DNA of 64,000 nucleotides from Limnobacter sp. (GTDB lineage Bacteria; Pseudomonadota; Gammaproteobacteria; Burkholderiales; Burkholderiaceae_B): NCBI RefSeq assembly GCF_964228395.1, contig NZ_CAXQZX010000129.1, positions 21,466 to 85,465 of the forward strand, read 5' to 3'. Shown piece by piece: positions 56,231 to 64,000 of this stretch (position 1 is its first letter; each line of letters starts with the position of its first letter). The notes under the pieces were generated by a model. It saw only the letters and a program-made list of their open reading frames with translations, ran no database searches and was not told where the DNA came from. The position numbers and the translations under genes were made by a program.

Positions 56231-57658
56231 ATGGGCAAATTGTTCTGGAAGTTTTTTTTTGGTTTTTGGCTTTGTCTGCTGGTGGCTGCGCTGGCCACGG
56301 GCACGGCCTTGTACGTGCTGCGTCAAAAGCCCGGCAGCACAGACCTGGCCGAGGGGCCACGTGCCCAGTTCCTGCTGGAAACCATGCAAAACGTGCTGGA
56401 AGGCAAAGGCCCCAATGCCCTGAAGGACCTGCTGGAACGCAATCGCCTCAGAACAGGCACGGCCATCCCGGTGTTTGCGGTGCGGGAAGACGGGCAAGAA
56501 TTACTCGGGCGCGAGGTGCCACAAAACATCGCGCCGCGCCTGGCCGATGTATTCACCAGCGACGGGCCAGCCGAGGCGGGCATGTTGTTGGTGAATGCTC
56601 AAGACGAATCGCGTTGGCTGTTGTTCATTCCCAGGCACCGTCGGCCCCCACCCCCCGCCAGCACCGAAGATGTGGTTGAGCCCCATGCAGAAGCTGCCTC
56701 GCAGGGTGCGGCGTTGCGCCGACAGCGCGAGGCCCTGGAGCCTCCTTTGCCCCCTTTTTCTGGCCCTGGGTTGGTGGCGGCTCTGCTGGCCAGCCTGCTG
56801 TTTGCCGGGGTGCTTGCTTACACATTCAGTCGCCCATTGAACAAACTGAAAAATGCCTTCCGCGAGGCGGCCAAGGGGCGCTTGGGGGTACGAATTTCAA
56901 AAGGGGGCAAACGCAAAGACGAAATCGGCGAACTGCTCAGCGGGTTTGATCAAATGGCCAAAGAAATTGAGTCGCGCATTCAACAACAAAAGGCCCTGTT
57001 GCATGATGTGTCCCATGAATTGCGCTCCCCATTGGCCCGCTTGAATTTGGCGGTGGGTTTGGCGCGTCAGCGCCCGGACCATTTGGAGACCAGTTTGTCT
57101 CGCATTGAAACCGAGGCCGAGCGTTTGGATTCGCTGATCGGTGAACTGTTGAATCTGTCAAGGTTGGAGTCAGAAGAGCTTGATGGCGCAGCTCAAGCTA
57201 ACAATGCGTTGGAACTGTTGGCCGGTGTGGTGGACGATGCACGGTTTGAAGCCGAGCAACAAGGCAAACAGGTGCAGTGGGGGTGCCCCATGGACGCCCA
57301 CTGGCTGCCCTGTGAGCCTGATGTACTGCAAAGGGCGTTTGACAATGTGATCCGCAATGCGCTGAAGCACAGCCCCGCTGGCGGCGTGGTGGAGGTGAGC
57401 TGTTCCCAGCGCGGGCCAGCCGGCTTGCAGGTGGATATTTTGGACCGAGGTCCTGGAGTTCCGCCAGAGCACATGAACAAATTATTCACCCCATTTTTTA
57501 AGCAAGGGGAAAAATCTGGTCATGGTTTGGGCCTGGCCATTGCCAAGCGCGCCATAGAGCGTCACCAGGGGCGCATCTCTGCCCACACGCGCCCGGGGGG
57601 TGGCATGGTGTTTCGCATTGAACTGCCGGGCGCTGGCGTAAAACCTCGAGGAAATTAG
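56231..57658 (+). CDS. cpxA: Envelope sensor histidine kinase (CpxA-like: TM, periplasmic domain, TM, HAMP, HisKA, HATPase)
   Basis: The H-box is LLHDVSHELRSPLARL. The N-box is NVIRNALKHS and the G-boxes are DRGPGV and GHGLGLAIAKR. Confidence 0.9.
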   Translation: MGKLFWKFFFGFWLCLLVAALATGTALYVLRQKPGSTDLAEGPRAQFLLETMQNVLEGKGPNALKDLLERNRLRTGTAIPVFAVREDGQELLGREVPQNIAPRLADVFTSDGPAEAGMLLVNAQDESRWLLFIPRHRRPPPPASTEDVVEPHAEAASQGAALRRQREALEPPLPPFSGPGLVAALLASLLFAGVLAYTFSRPLNKLKNAFREAAKGRLGVRISKGGKRKDEIGELLSGFDQMAKEIESRIQQQKALLHDVSHELRSPLARLNLAVGLARQRPDHLETSLSRIETEAERLDSLIGELLNLSRLESEELDGAAQANNALELLAGVVDDARFEAEQQGKQVQWGCPMDAHWLPCEPDVLQRAFDNVIRNALKHSPAGGVVEVSCSQRGPAGLQVDILDRGPGVPPEHMNKLFTPFFKQGEKSGHGLGLAIAKRAIERHQGRISAHTRPGGGMVFRIELPGAGVKPRGN

Positions 57659-58287
57659 CGTGCGCTGGTCTCGGCCAAGGCAATCGTGGTGTCGCGTTTG
57701 CCAAGCATGTGGTTGGCAAAGGCCACACCCTCCAAGTTTAGGGCTCTGGCGCTGTCGTGTTCGGGGTCCCGTGATGAAAAGTCGGTGCGAATGGACTTCA
57801 CACGGCGCAGCACAGGCTCAAACGCTTCGGGTGCCACTTTGGCCACATAAGCCAGGCCTACCAAATCGGCCAGTGTTTCTTCAAAGTGCACATTGTTTTT
57901 GAAGCTCAATCCCAGATGCTGCTCCAGGGCCTTGCGTGCACTGCTTCGTTTGCCGGGCTCAGACATGATGCAATGGGTCAACTCGTGCGCCGAGGTGAAG
58001 GCAAGAAAAGCGTAGTCCAGGTCGTTCTGCCCGGCATTCAAAAAGTGTGACCAAACGCGTTTGGCATCGGCATGGTGGTTCACATGCACCACACAGGTTT
58101 TAATTCCGCTGTTGGTCAGGAATGGCGAGGGGTTGTTCATGGTGGTTTCGCGCACATGGACCCGCTGTGTGTCGATATTGAAATGCTGGGCAAACAACTG
58201 CACTTCTTCGCGAACCACGGCCGTGTCGGGCAGGGACGATTGTGGCGTAAACAAGCTGACCAGCCCAAAAAACAATCCATTCCACAT
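57655..58287 (-). CDS. Hypothetical protein with an HExxH motif (possible Zn-metallopeptidase-like)
   Basis: The HExxH motif is TSAHELTHCI. I prefer the ATG at 58287, which is followed by a hydrophobic segment (MWNGLFFGLVSLF). Confidence 0.5.
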   Translation of the reverse strand: MWNGLFFGLVSLFTPQSSLPDTAVVREEVQLFAQHFNIDTQRVHVRETTMNNPSPFLTNSGIKTCVVHVNHHADAKRVWSHFLNAGQNDLDYAFLAFTSAHELTHCIMSEPGKRSSARKALEQHLGLSFKNNVHFEETLADLVGLAYVAKVAPEAFEPVLRRVKSIRTDFSSRDPEHDSARALNLEGVAFANHMLGKRDTTIALAETSAR

Positions 58288-58436
58288 GACAGGCTCCGGT
58301 AAATTACAAGGTTCTGTGATGTAGATCGGCTTGTTTGGGCCGAAAAAAGATTGCCCCAATGCGTTGCCCACAAAGGGGGCACACAAAAGGGTTATGTCAA
58401 AATCGCGTCAAACAACATGGCAATCGAGGTGAAGCA

Positions 58437-59126
58437 ATGAGCAATCCAGTGGTCATCGTGACCGGTGCTGCAGGGGTGTTGGGGCAGGCTGTGGCAAGCC
58501 ATTTGGGGCAGGCGGGTTACAGGTTGCTGCTCGTGGATTTGAATCAGCCCGATTGGGAGGGTGACAGCGACGCCGTGTCCATCGGCAATGTGGATTTAAC
58601 CCAGCCCGAGCATGCGCAAGAGGTGGTGAACCAGGCTTGGGAATACTTTGGCCAAATTGATGGCGTGGTGAACCTGGCCGGCGGCTTTGTGTGGGAGCCC
58701 CAGGCCGAAAGTAGCCTGGAAACCTGGGACAGGATGTACGCCATGAATGTGCAAACCACAGTCAACATGTGCCAGGCGGTGCTTGCTCAATTCCAGGACC
58801 AGCAAAGCGGGGCCATTGTGAACGTGGGCGCGGCCGCAGCCATTAAAGCCGGCGCTGGCATGGGGGCCTATGCGGCTTCAAAGTCGGCGGTGCTGCGCCT
58901 CACCGAGGCTTTGGCGGCAGAAAACAAGCAATTCGGCGTGCGGGTCAATGCCGTGCTGCCCAGCATTCTGGACACGCCGGCCAACCGGGCGAGCATGCCC
59001 GATGCCGACCCGGCAGATTGGGTTGCTCCAGCGTCACTGGCTGGCGTGATTGAATTTTTATTGTCTGACCTGGCCCGAGACATTCATGGGGCGGGTATCC
59101 CGGTGGTGGGGCGGGTGACCATTTAA
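58437..59126 (+). CDS. SDR-family oxidoreductase
   Basis: Motifs VTGAAGVLGQAV, AGG and YAASKSAV are present. A GAGG ribosome-binding site precedes the ATG at 58437. Confidence 0.9.
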   Translation: MSNPVVIVTGAAGVLGQAVASHLGQAGYRLLLVDLNQPDWEGDSDAVSIGNVDLTQPEHAQEVVNQAWEYFGQIDGVVNLAGGFVWEPQAESSLETWDRMYAMNVQTTVNMCQAVLAQFQDQQSGAIVNVGAAAAIKAGAGMGAYAASKSAVLRLTEALAAENKQFGVRVNAVLPSILDTPANRASMPDADPADWVAPASLAGVIEFLLSDLARDIHGAGIPVVGRVTI

Positions 59127-59752
59127 TTTGAGCGTCCCCGCTGGCGCAGGCCTTCCAGGTAATTGTCGATGGTAAATTCGGCCTGCGTCATCAAGTCAAA
59201 CAAAGCCGGGCTTAGCACGTAGTTGGCAAACAGCCCGTCAATCAAGGCGTGTAAACCCACCGCCGCTTGGCGTATGTTGGTGTTTGCGCTCAGCTCGCCC
59301 TTGGCCACAGCTTGGGCAAAATCTTTCTCGATGGTTTGAATGCAGCCCTGGATGGCTTCAAGGTGGTGGTCTCGAATGGGTAGCATATCGTCCACCATCT
59401 CGGTTTTGTGCATCACGATGTCAAACACCCTCTGGGTGCGCAAATCGTTGGCCAGCGTACGCACCACGTGCATGGCCCGGTCCCGGAGGCGCGCCAGGGC
59501 CGTGTTGGCCAAATCTTGCTTGGGCGAGGCAATGTATTCGTCCATGGGCAAGATCACCCGCTGCAGCATGGCGTCAAACAAGTCCGCCTTGTTTTTGAAA
59601 TGCCAGTAAATGGCGCCGCGCGTGAGGTTGGCTGCCTTGGCAATGTCGTTGAGCGTGGTGCGCGACACCCCCTTTTCTGAAAAAACAGCCTCAGCCGTGT
59701 CCAGGATCAGGTTGCGCGTCTCCAACGCCTCTTCTTTGGTTTTTCTTACCAC
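59123..59752 (-). CDS. acrR: TetR/AcrR-family efflux repressor
   Basis: The HTH is ILDTAEAVFSEKGVSRTTLNDIAKAANLTRGAIYWHFKNKADLF. It is divergent from the RND operon. Confidence 0.9.
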   Translation of the reverse strand: MVRKTKEEALETRNLILDTAEAVFSEKGVSRTTLNDIAKAANLTRGAIYWHFKNKADLFDAMLQRVILPMDEYIASPKQDLANTALARLRDRAMHVVRTLANDLRTQRVFDIVMHKTEMVDDMLPIRDHHLEAIQGCIQTIEKDFAQAVAKGELSANTNIRQAAVGLHALIDGLFANYVLSPALFDLMTQAEFTIDNYLEGLRQRGRSN

Positions 59753-59783
59753 AGTGGTTCTGTCACAAAATTAAAAAAATGTT

Positions 59784-59807
59784 TACATACACTCGTGCAT
59801 GTATGTA
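59784..59807. promoter_or_regulatory. AcrR-type operator (24-bp inverted repeat)
   Basis: The sequence is TACATACA ctcgtgca TGTATGTA. The 8-bp arms are identical to the E. coli acrR/acrAB operator as I recall it (TACATACATTTGTGAATGTATGTA). Confidence 0.65.
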
Positions 59808-59874
59808 TTATCTGACCTCTCGGTCAGTAAATCAAGTTCATTCGCATCAAGCACGAACCCAAGCAGGGGCAAAT

Positions 59875-61125
59875 ATGCACACCAACGCCTTGAAAATCAA
59901 ACAAAATCTTTCTCCATACGCCCGCGGCTTTGCAGGCGCAACCTTGTGGCCTGCCGTGCTGGTTACCCTGCTTTCAAGCGCGCTGTTGTTGGGCTGCGGC
60001 CAGCAAGGCAGCGCGCAGGCCCAGAGCGCACCGGGCGAGCAGCAGGCCGCACCCGTGCCTGTGGTCGAGGTTAAGCCCCAGGCCCTGCCTTTGGAGTTTG
60101 AGTACCCCGCCCAGGTGGCCGGGTTTCGCGAGGTACAAATTCGCGCCCGTGTGCAAGGCATTATTGAGCAGCGTTTGTTTGAAGAAGGTGGGCGGGTAAA
60201 AAAAGGTCAAAGCCTTTATCGCCTGGATGATGCACCCTATCAAACTGCACTGGCCAAGGCCTTGGCCGACGAAAATGCAGCCAAAGTGCGCGCCGCGCAA
60301 GCCGAACGCGACTTTAAACGCATTCAGCCTTTGGTGCAAAGCAAAGCGGTATCCCAGCAAGAGTTGGACAACGCCCAGTCGGCCTTTGAAGTGGCCAAAG
60401 CCGACGCCATGGTGGCCAGTGCAGCCGTGCGCCAAGCGCGTTTGAATTTGGAATATGCCCGTGTGGAGTCGCCGGTCAATGGCTTTGCCAGCCGGTCTTT
60501 GTATTCCGAAGGCAGTTTGGTCTCGGGCCCCTCCGAGCTTTTGACCACCGTGACGCAAATTGACCAGGTGTATGTGAACTTTGGCATTCCCGAAAAAGAC
60601 CATGAACAACTTCGCAAAGGCTTGGCCAGCGGCGACGTAACGATGCCCAAGGGCGAGTTGTTGGTCGATGTTCTGGGTGCCGATGGCAAACCCACAGGCC
60701 TGCAGGCCAAGCTGGGGTTTCAGGATGTTCGCGTGAACCCAAGCACCGGCACTGTGGATGCCCGTGCGGTGATTAAAAACGACAAGGAAGTGCTCAGCCC
60801 GGGGCAATTTGTGCGTGTGCGGGTGAGTGGCGCTGTTCAAAACCAGGCCGTGTTGGTGCCCCAACGTGCTGTGCTTGAAAACCCTGCGGGCGGAAAAATT
60901 GTGATGACAGTGAGCCCAGAGCGCACGGTGGCGCCCCGGCCTGTACAGGTGGCGCAGTGGAGCGGCGACCAATGGTTGATTACCAACGGTTTAAAAGCTG
61001 GCGACCAAGTGATCACCGATGGTTTTATGAAAGCGCCACCGGGCACCCCCGTCACCCCCGTGCTGGAGGGCGATGCAGCATCGGCTGCAAAGCCGGATCA
61101 AGCCACAACCGCGGCCAAGCAGTAA
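59875..61125 (+). CDS. acrA: RND efflux periplasmic adaptor (AcrA/MexA-like lipoprotein)
   Basis: It has a lipobox (LLLGC). MFP motifs are present (VQGIIEQRLFEEGGRVKKGQSLYRLD and LEYARVESPVNGF). I prefer the ATG at 59875. Confidence 0.92.
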   Translation: MHTNALKIKQNLSPYARGFAGATLWPAVLVTLLSSALLLGCGQQGSAQAQSAPGEQQAAPVPVVEVKPQALPLEFEYPAQVAGFREVQIRARVQGIIEQRLFEEGGRVKKGQSLYRLDDAPYQTALAKALADENAAKVRAAQAERDFKRIQPLVQSKAVSQQELDNAQSAFEVAKADAMVASAAVRQARLNLEYARVESPVNGFASRSLYSEGSLVSGPSELLTTVTQIDQVYVNFGIPEKDHEQLRKGLASGDVTMPKGELLVDVLGADGKPTGLQAKLGFQDVRVNPSTGTVDARAVIKNDKEVLSPGQFVRVRVSGAVQNQAVLVPQRAVLENPAGGKIVMTVSPERTVAPRPVQVAQWSGDQWLITNGLKAGDQVITDGFMKAPPGTPVTPVLEGDAASAAKPDQATTAAKQ

Positions 61126-61137
61126 GGGGGCCAGCAC

Positions 61138-64000
61138 ATGTTTTCAAAGTTTTTTATCGACAGGCCCGTGTTTGCTGCGGTGCTGTCCATATTTATTATG
61201 CTGGCTGGCCTGGCCGCCATGCGGGGCTTGCCGATTGCGCAGTACCCAGAAATAGCGCCACCTGTGGTGCAGGTGCGGGCGATTTACCCCGGCGCATCGG
61301 CCCAGGTGATTGAAAGCACCGTGGCTGCCCCCATTGAAAATGCCATCAATGGCGTGGAAGACATGATGTACATGAGCTCCACCTCGGCCTCCAGCGGCGT
61401 GGTGGAAATTGCCGTCACCTTTGAAATAGGCACCGACCCCGACCAAGCGGCCTTGAACGTGAACAACCGTGTGAAGCAGGTTGAAAACATTCTGCCGCAA
61501 GAGGTTCGCCGGCAAGGTGTGACGGTGAACAAGGGGTCGTCGTCGTTCTTGCAAGTGCTGGCTTTTTACTCGGAAGACGGCCGGTTTGACGACTTTTACA
61601 CCTCCAACTATGTGACCCTGAATGTGCTGGATCGAATCAAGCGCATTCCCGGTACCACCAATGTGCAAATTTTTGGCGCCAAAGATTACGCGATGCGCAT
61701 CTGGATCAAGCCCGACCGCATGGCGCAATTAAAGCTGACTGCACGCGACATCGTGGCAGCGCTCAACGAGCAAAACGCCCAGTTTGCAGCGGGCAAAGTG
61801 GGGCAGGCCCCCAACAACAACGGGCAAGAACTGGTTTACACCATCACCGCTCAGGGTCGCCTGCAAAATGTGGAGGAGTTCGAGAGCATCTTGCTGCGGG
61901 TCAATCCCGATGGGTCTTCGCTGCGCTTGAAAGATGTGGCTCGGGTAGAACTGGGCTCCAAAGATTACGACTTCATCGGGCGAATCAATGGCAAGCCTGC
62001 CACCCTGGTGGGCGTGTTTCTGCAACCGGGGGCCAATGCCTTGGCTGTGGCCGATGCGGTGCAAAGCACGGTTGATGAACTGGCCAAAGATTTTCCTGAA
62101 GGCCTGGACTACGCCACCCCCTACGACACCACAAGGTTTGTTGAGGTGTCCATTCGTGAGGTGGTTAAAACCCTGGTGGAGGCCATGATTTTGGTGTTCA
62201 TCGTGGTGTACGTGTTTTTGCAAAACTGGCGCGCAACGCTCATCCCCATTTTGGCCGTGCCGGTGTCTTTGCTGGGTGCGTTTGCAGGCCTGTATGTGCT
62301 GGGTTACTCCATCAACACGCTCACCTTGTTTGGCATGGTGTTGGCCATTGGCATTGTGGTGGACGATGCCATTGTGGTGCTGGAAAACGTTGAACGCATC
62401 ATGCACGAAGAGGGCTTGAGCGCCCGCAAGGCAGCCATCAAGGCCATGCAAGAGGTCACCGGGCCTGTGATTGCCATTGTGCTGGTGCTCTCGGCGGTGT
62501 TTATTCCAATTGCATTTTTGGGTGGGCTCACCGGGGAGTTGTATCGCCAGTTTGCCATCACCATCTCGATTGCTGTGATCGTCTCTGGCGTGGTGGCGCT
62601 TACGCTAACACCCTCGCTGTGCGTGTTGTTGCTCAAGCACGAGCACAAAAAGCCAGGCAAGTTTTTTACATGGTTTAACGACTGGTTTGGCCGCGTTACA
62701 GGGCGTTACGTCAGCGGCGTGAAGTTCATCAGCCTGCGACCAGCCATCGGCCTTGGTTTGTTTGCTGTGATGCTGATTGTGACCGCGGGCTTGTTCAAGG
62801 CCACGCCGGGCTCGCTGGTGCCCGATGAGGACCAGGGCTACTTTATTGCAGCTGTGTTTTTGCCCGACGGTGCCACACTGCAGCGCACAGACAAGGTGGT
62901 GGCTGAGGTGGTCGATGCCGTGGCCGCCAACCCGGCCAACGAATACTCGGTGGCGTTCACAGGCTTTGACTTTTTGGGTGGCAGCTTTAAAAACAGCGCT
63001 GCGACCATGTTCATCACCCAGCGCCATTGGGATGAACGCGAGGCCGTGACCCAGGATTTGGTGGGTGAACTGTTTGGCCGCACCGCTGGTGTGCAAGAGG
63101 GCTTGGTTTTGGCTTTTGCACCCCCTCCCATTTTTGGCTTGGGCAATGCTGGGGGCTTTGAGTTTTACATTCAAAACCGCGGCGAAGGTGGACCTGCCAA
63201 ACTGGCCAAAGTGATGAACGAGTTCATGGCCAAGGCCAACAAGGACCCACGCTTGGCTGGTGTGCAAACGCTGTGGCGCCCGGGCACCCCCCAACTGTAT
63301 GTGGATGTGGACCGTGAGCGTGCGCGTGCCATGGGGGTGAATGTGAACGATGTGTTCGATACCCTGTCTGCCACTTTGGGGTCGTACTATGTGAACGATT
63401 TCAACAAATTTGGGCGCACCTGGCAGGTCTTGATGTCGGCCGATGCGCAATACCGCAAAAGCCCCGCCGACATTGGCAATATGTATGTGCGTTCCAGTTC
63501 GGGCCAGATGATTCCAATCTCGGCCCTGGCCAAAGTGGAGTACTCTCAGGGGCCAGAGACGCTGGAACGTTTCAACAACTTGCCTGCCGTGAAGTTGTTG
63601 GGCAGCGGTGCGCCGGGCATTAGCTCAGGCGAGGCCATTGCTGCCATTGAAGACATTGCCGCCCAAGTGTTGCCAGACGACTTTAGTTACGAGTTTTCGG
63701 GGGCCTCTTTCCAGGAAAAACGCTCTGCCGGGTCATCAAGCTTCGCCTTGGTGCTGGGGGCTTTGATGGTGTTTTTGATTCTGGCAGCGCAGTATGAAAA
63801 ATGGACCCTTCCCTTCTCGGTGTTGCTGGCCATGCCTTTTGGCTTGTTTGGTGCCTTGCTGGCAGTGTGGATGCGCGACATGACCAATGACGTGTATTTC
63901 CAGATTGGCTTGGTGACCTTGTTGGGCTTGGCGGCCAAAAACGCGATTTTGATTGTGGAGTTTGCCGTGCTCAAGCGCGAGGAGGGCATGGGGGCTTTGG
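61138..64000 (+). CDS. acrB: RND multidrug efflux permease (AcrB/MexB-like), 3' end beyond the window
   Basis: It is absent from the ORF track because it is open at the right edge. Manual translation from the ATG at 61138 reads MFSKFFIDRPVFAAVLSIFIMLAGLAAMRGLPIAQYPEIAPP... It continues through GIVVDDAIVVLENVER and the late TM region (QYEKWTLPFSVLLAMPFG) with no stop. Confidence 0.97.
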   Translation, partial: MFSKFFIDRPVFAAVLSIFIMLAGLAAMRGLPIAQYPEIAPPVVQVRAIYPGASAQVIESTVAAPIENAINGVEDMMYMSSTSASSGVVEIAVTFEIGTDPDQAALNVNNRVKQVENILPQEVRRQGVTVNKGSSSFLQVLAFYSEDGRFDDFYTSNYVTLNVLDRIKRIPGTTNVQIFGAKDYAMRIWIKPDRMAQLKLTARDIVAALNEQNAQFAAGKVGQAPNNNGQELVYTITAQGRLQNVEEFESILLRVNPDGSSLRLKDVARVELGSKDYDFIGRINGKPATLVGVFLQPGANALAVADAVQSTVDELAKDFPEGLDYATPYDTTRFVEVSIREVVKTLVEAMILVFIVVYVFLQNWRATLIPILAVPVSLLGAFAGLYVLGYSINTLTLFGMVLAIGIVVDDAIVVLENVERIMHEEGLSARKAAIKAMQEVTGPVIAIVLVLSAVFIPIAFLGGLTGELYRQFAITISIAVIVSGVVALTLTPSLCVLLLKHEHKKPGKFFTWFNDWFGRVTGRYVSGVKFISLRPAIGLGLFAVMLIVTAGLFKATPGSLVPDEDQGYFIAAVFLPDGATLQRTDKVVAEVVDAVAANPANEYSVAFTGFDFLGGSFKNSAATMFITQRHWDEREAVTQDLVGELFGRTAGVQEGLVLAFAPPPIFGLGNAGGFEFYIQNRGEGGPAKLAKVMNEFMAKANKDPRLAGVQTLWRPGTPQLYVDVDRERARAMGVNVNDVFDTLSATLGSYYVNDFNKFGRTWQVLMSADAQYRKSPADIGNMYVRSSSGQMIPISALAKVEYSQGPETLERFNNLPAVKLLGSGAPGISSGEAIAAIEDIAAQVLPDDFSYEFSGASFQEKRSAGSSSFALVLGALMVFLILAAQYEKWTLPFSVLLAMPFGLFGALLAVWMRDMTNDVYFQIGLVTLLGLAAKNAILIVEFAVLKREEGMGAL

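Overview
This is a proteobacterial chromosomal window; the protein signatures look betaproteobacterial or Burkholderiales-like, which is inference only. The flanks are ordinary.

Left flank (1-15 kb): a REC-HK-PAS-GAF sensor truncated at the window edge, a DMT transporter, a fasciclin protein, a histidine phosphatase, two hybrid sensor kinases, a YgjV-like membrane protein and metH.

Right flank (41-64 kb): an Atu/Liu-like acyl-CoA carboxylase catabolic cluster, TetR and GNAT genes, an outer-membrane barrel, a CpxP/CpxRA-like envelope-stress module with a perfect CpxR box, and an acrR/acrAB-like efflux locus with an AcrR-type operator. The RND pump is truncated at the right edge.

Centre (about 15.1-39.4 kb): a complete non-flagellar type III secretion (injectisome) island.
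- It is built as two convergent operons with mostly overlapping start and stop codons. Each is headed by a perfect hrp box (GGAACC-N15-CCACNNA).
- Plus operon: sctV-D-N-O-Q-R-S-T-U.
- Minus operon: motA-like, motB-like, hrpB/sctI-like, sctJ-K-L-C-W, a chaperone-like gene, sctP, sctI, sctF, small helical proteins, a tip-like protein, two translocators and a 626 aa unknown protein.

Most interesting observations:
- The minus operon starts with a MotA/ExbB-like plus MotB/OmpA-like stator pair, which is not a known injectisome component.
- The system combines Hrp1-type promoters and gene order with a YscF-like needle and a YopB/D-like translocon.
- An orphan, A/T-richer gene sits on the opposite strand inside the atu-like cluster. 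It has an hrp-box-like promoter, a Hrp-type N-terminal export signature and a DGNC cysteine motif, so it is a candidate effector.

No tRNA, rRNA, CRISPR, IS element or integrase was recognised. The ORF track omits the two ORFs that run off the window edges; I translated those by hand. All family assignments come from reading motifs by eye; no searches were run.
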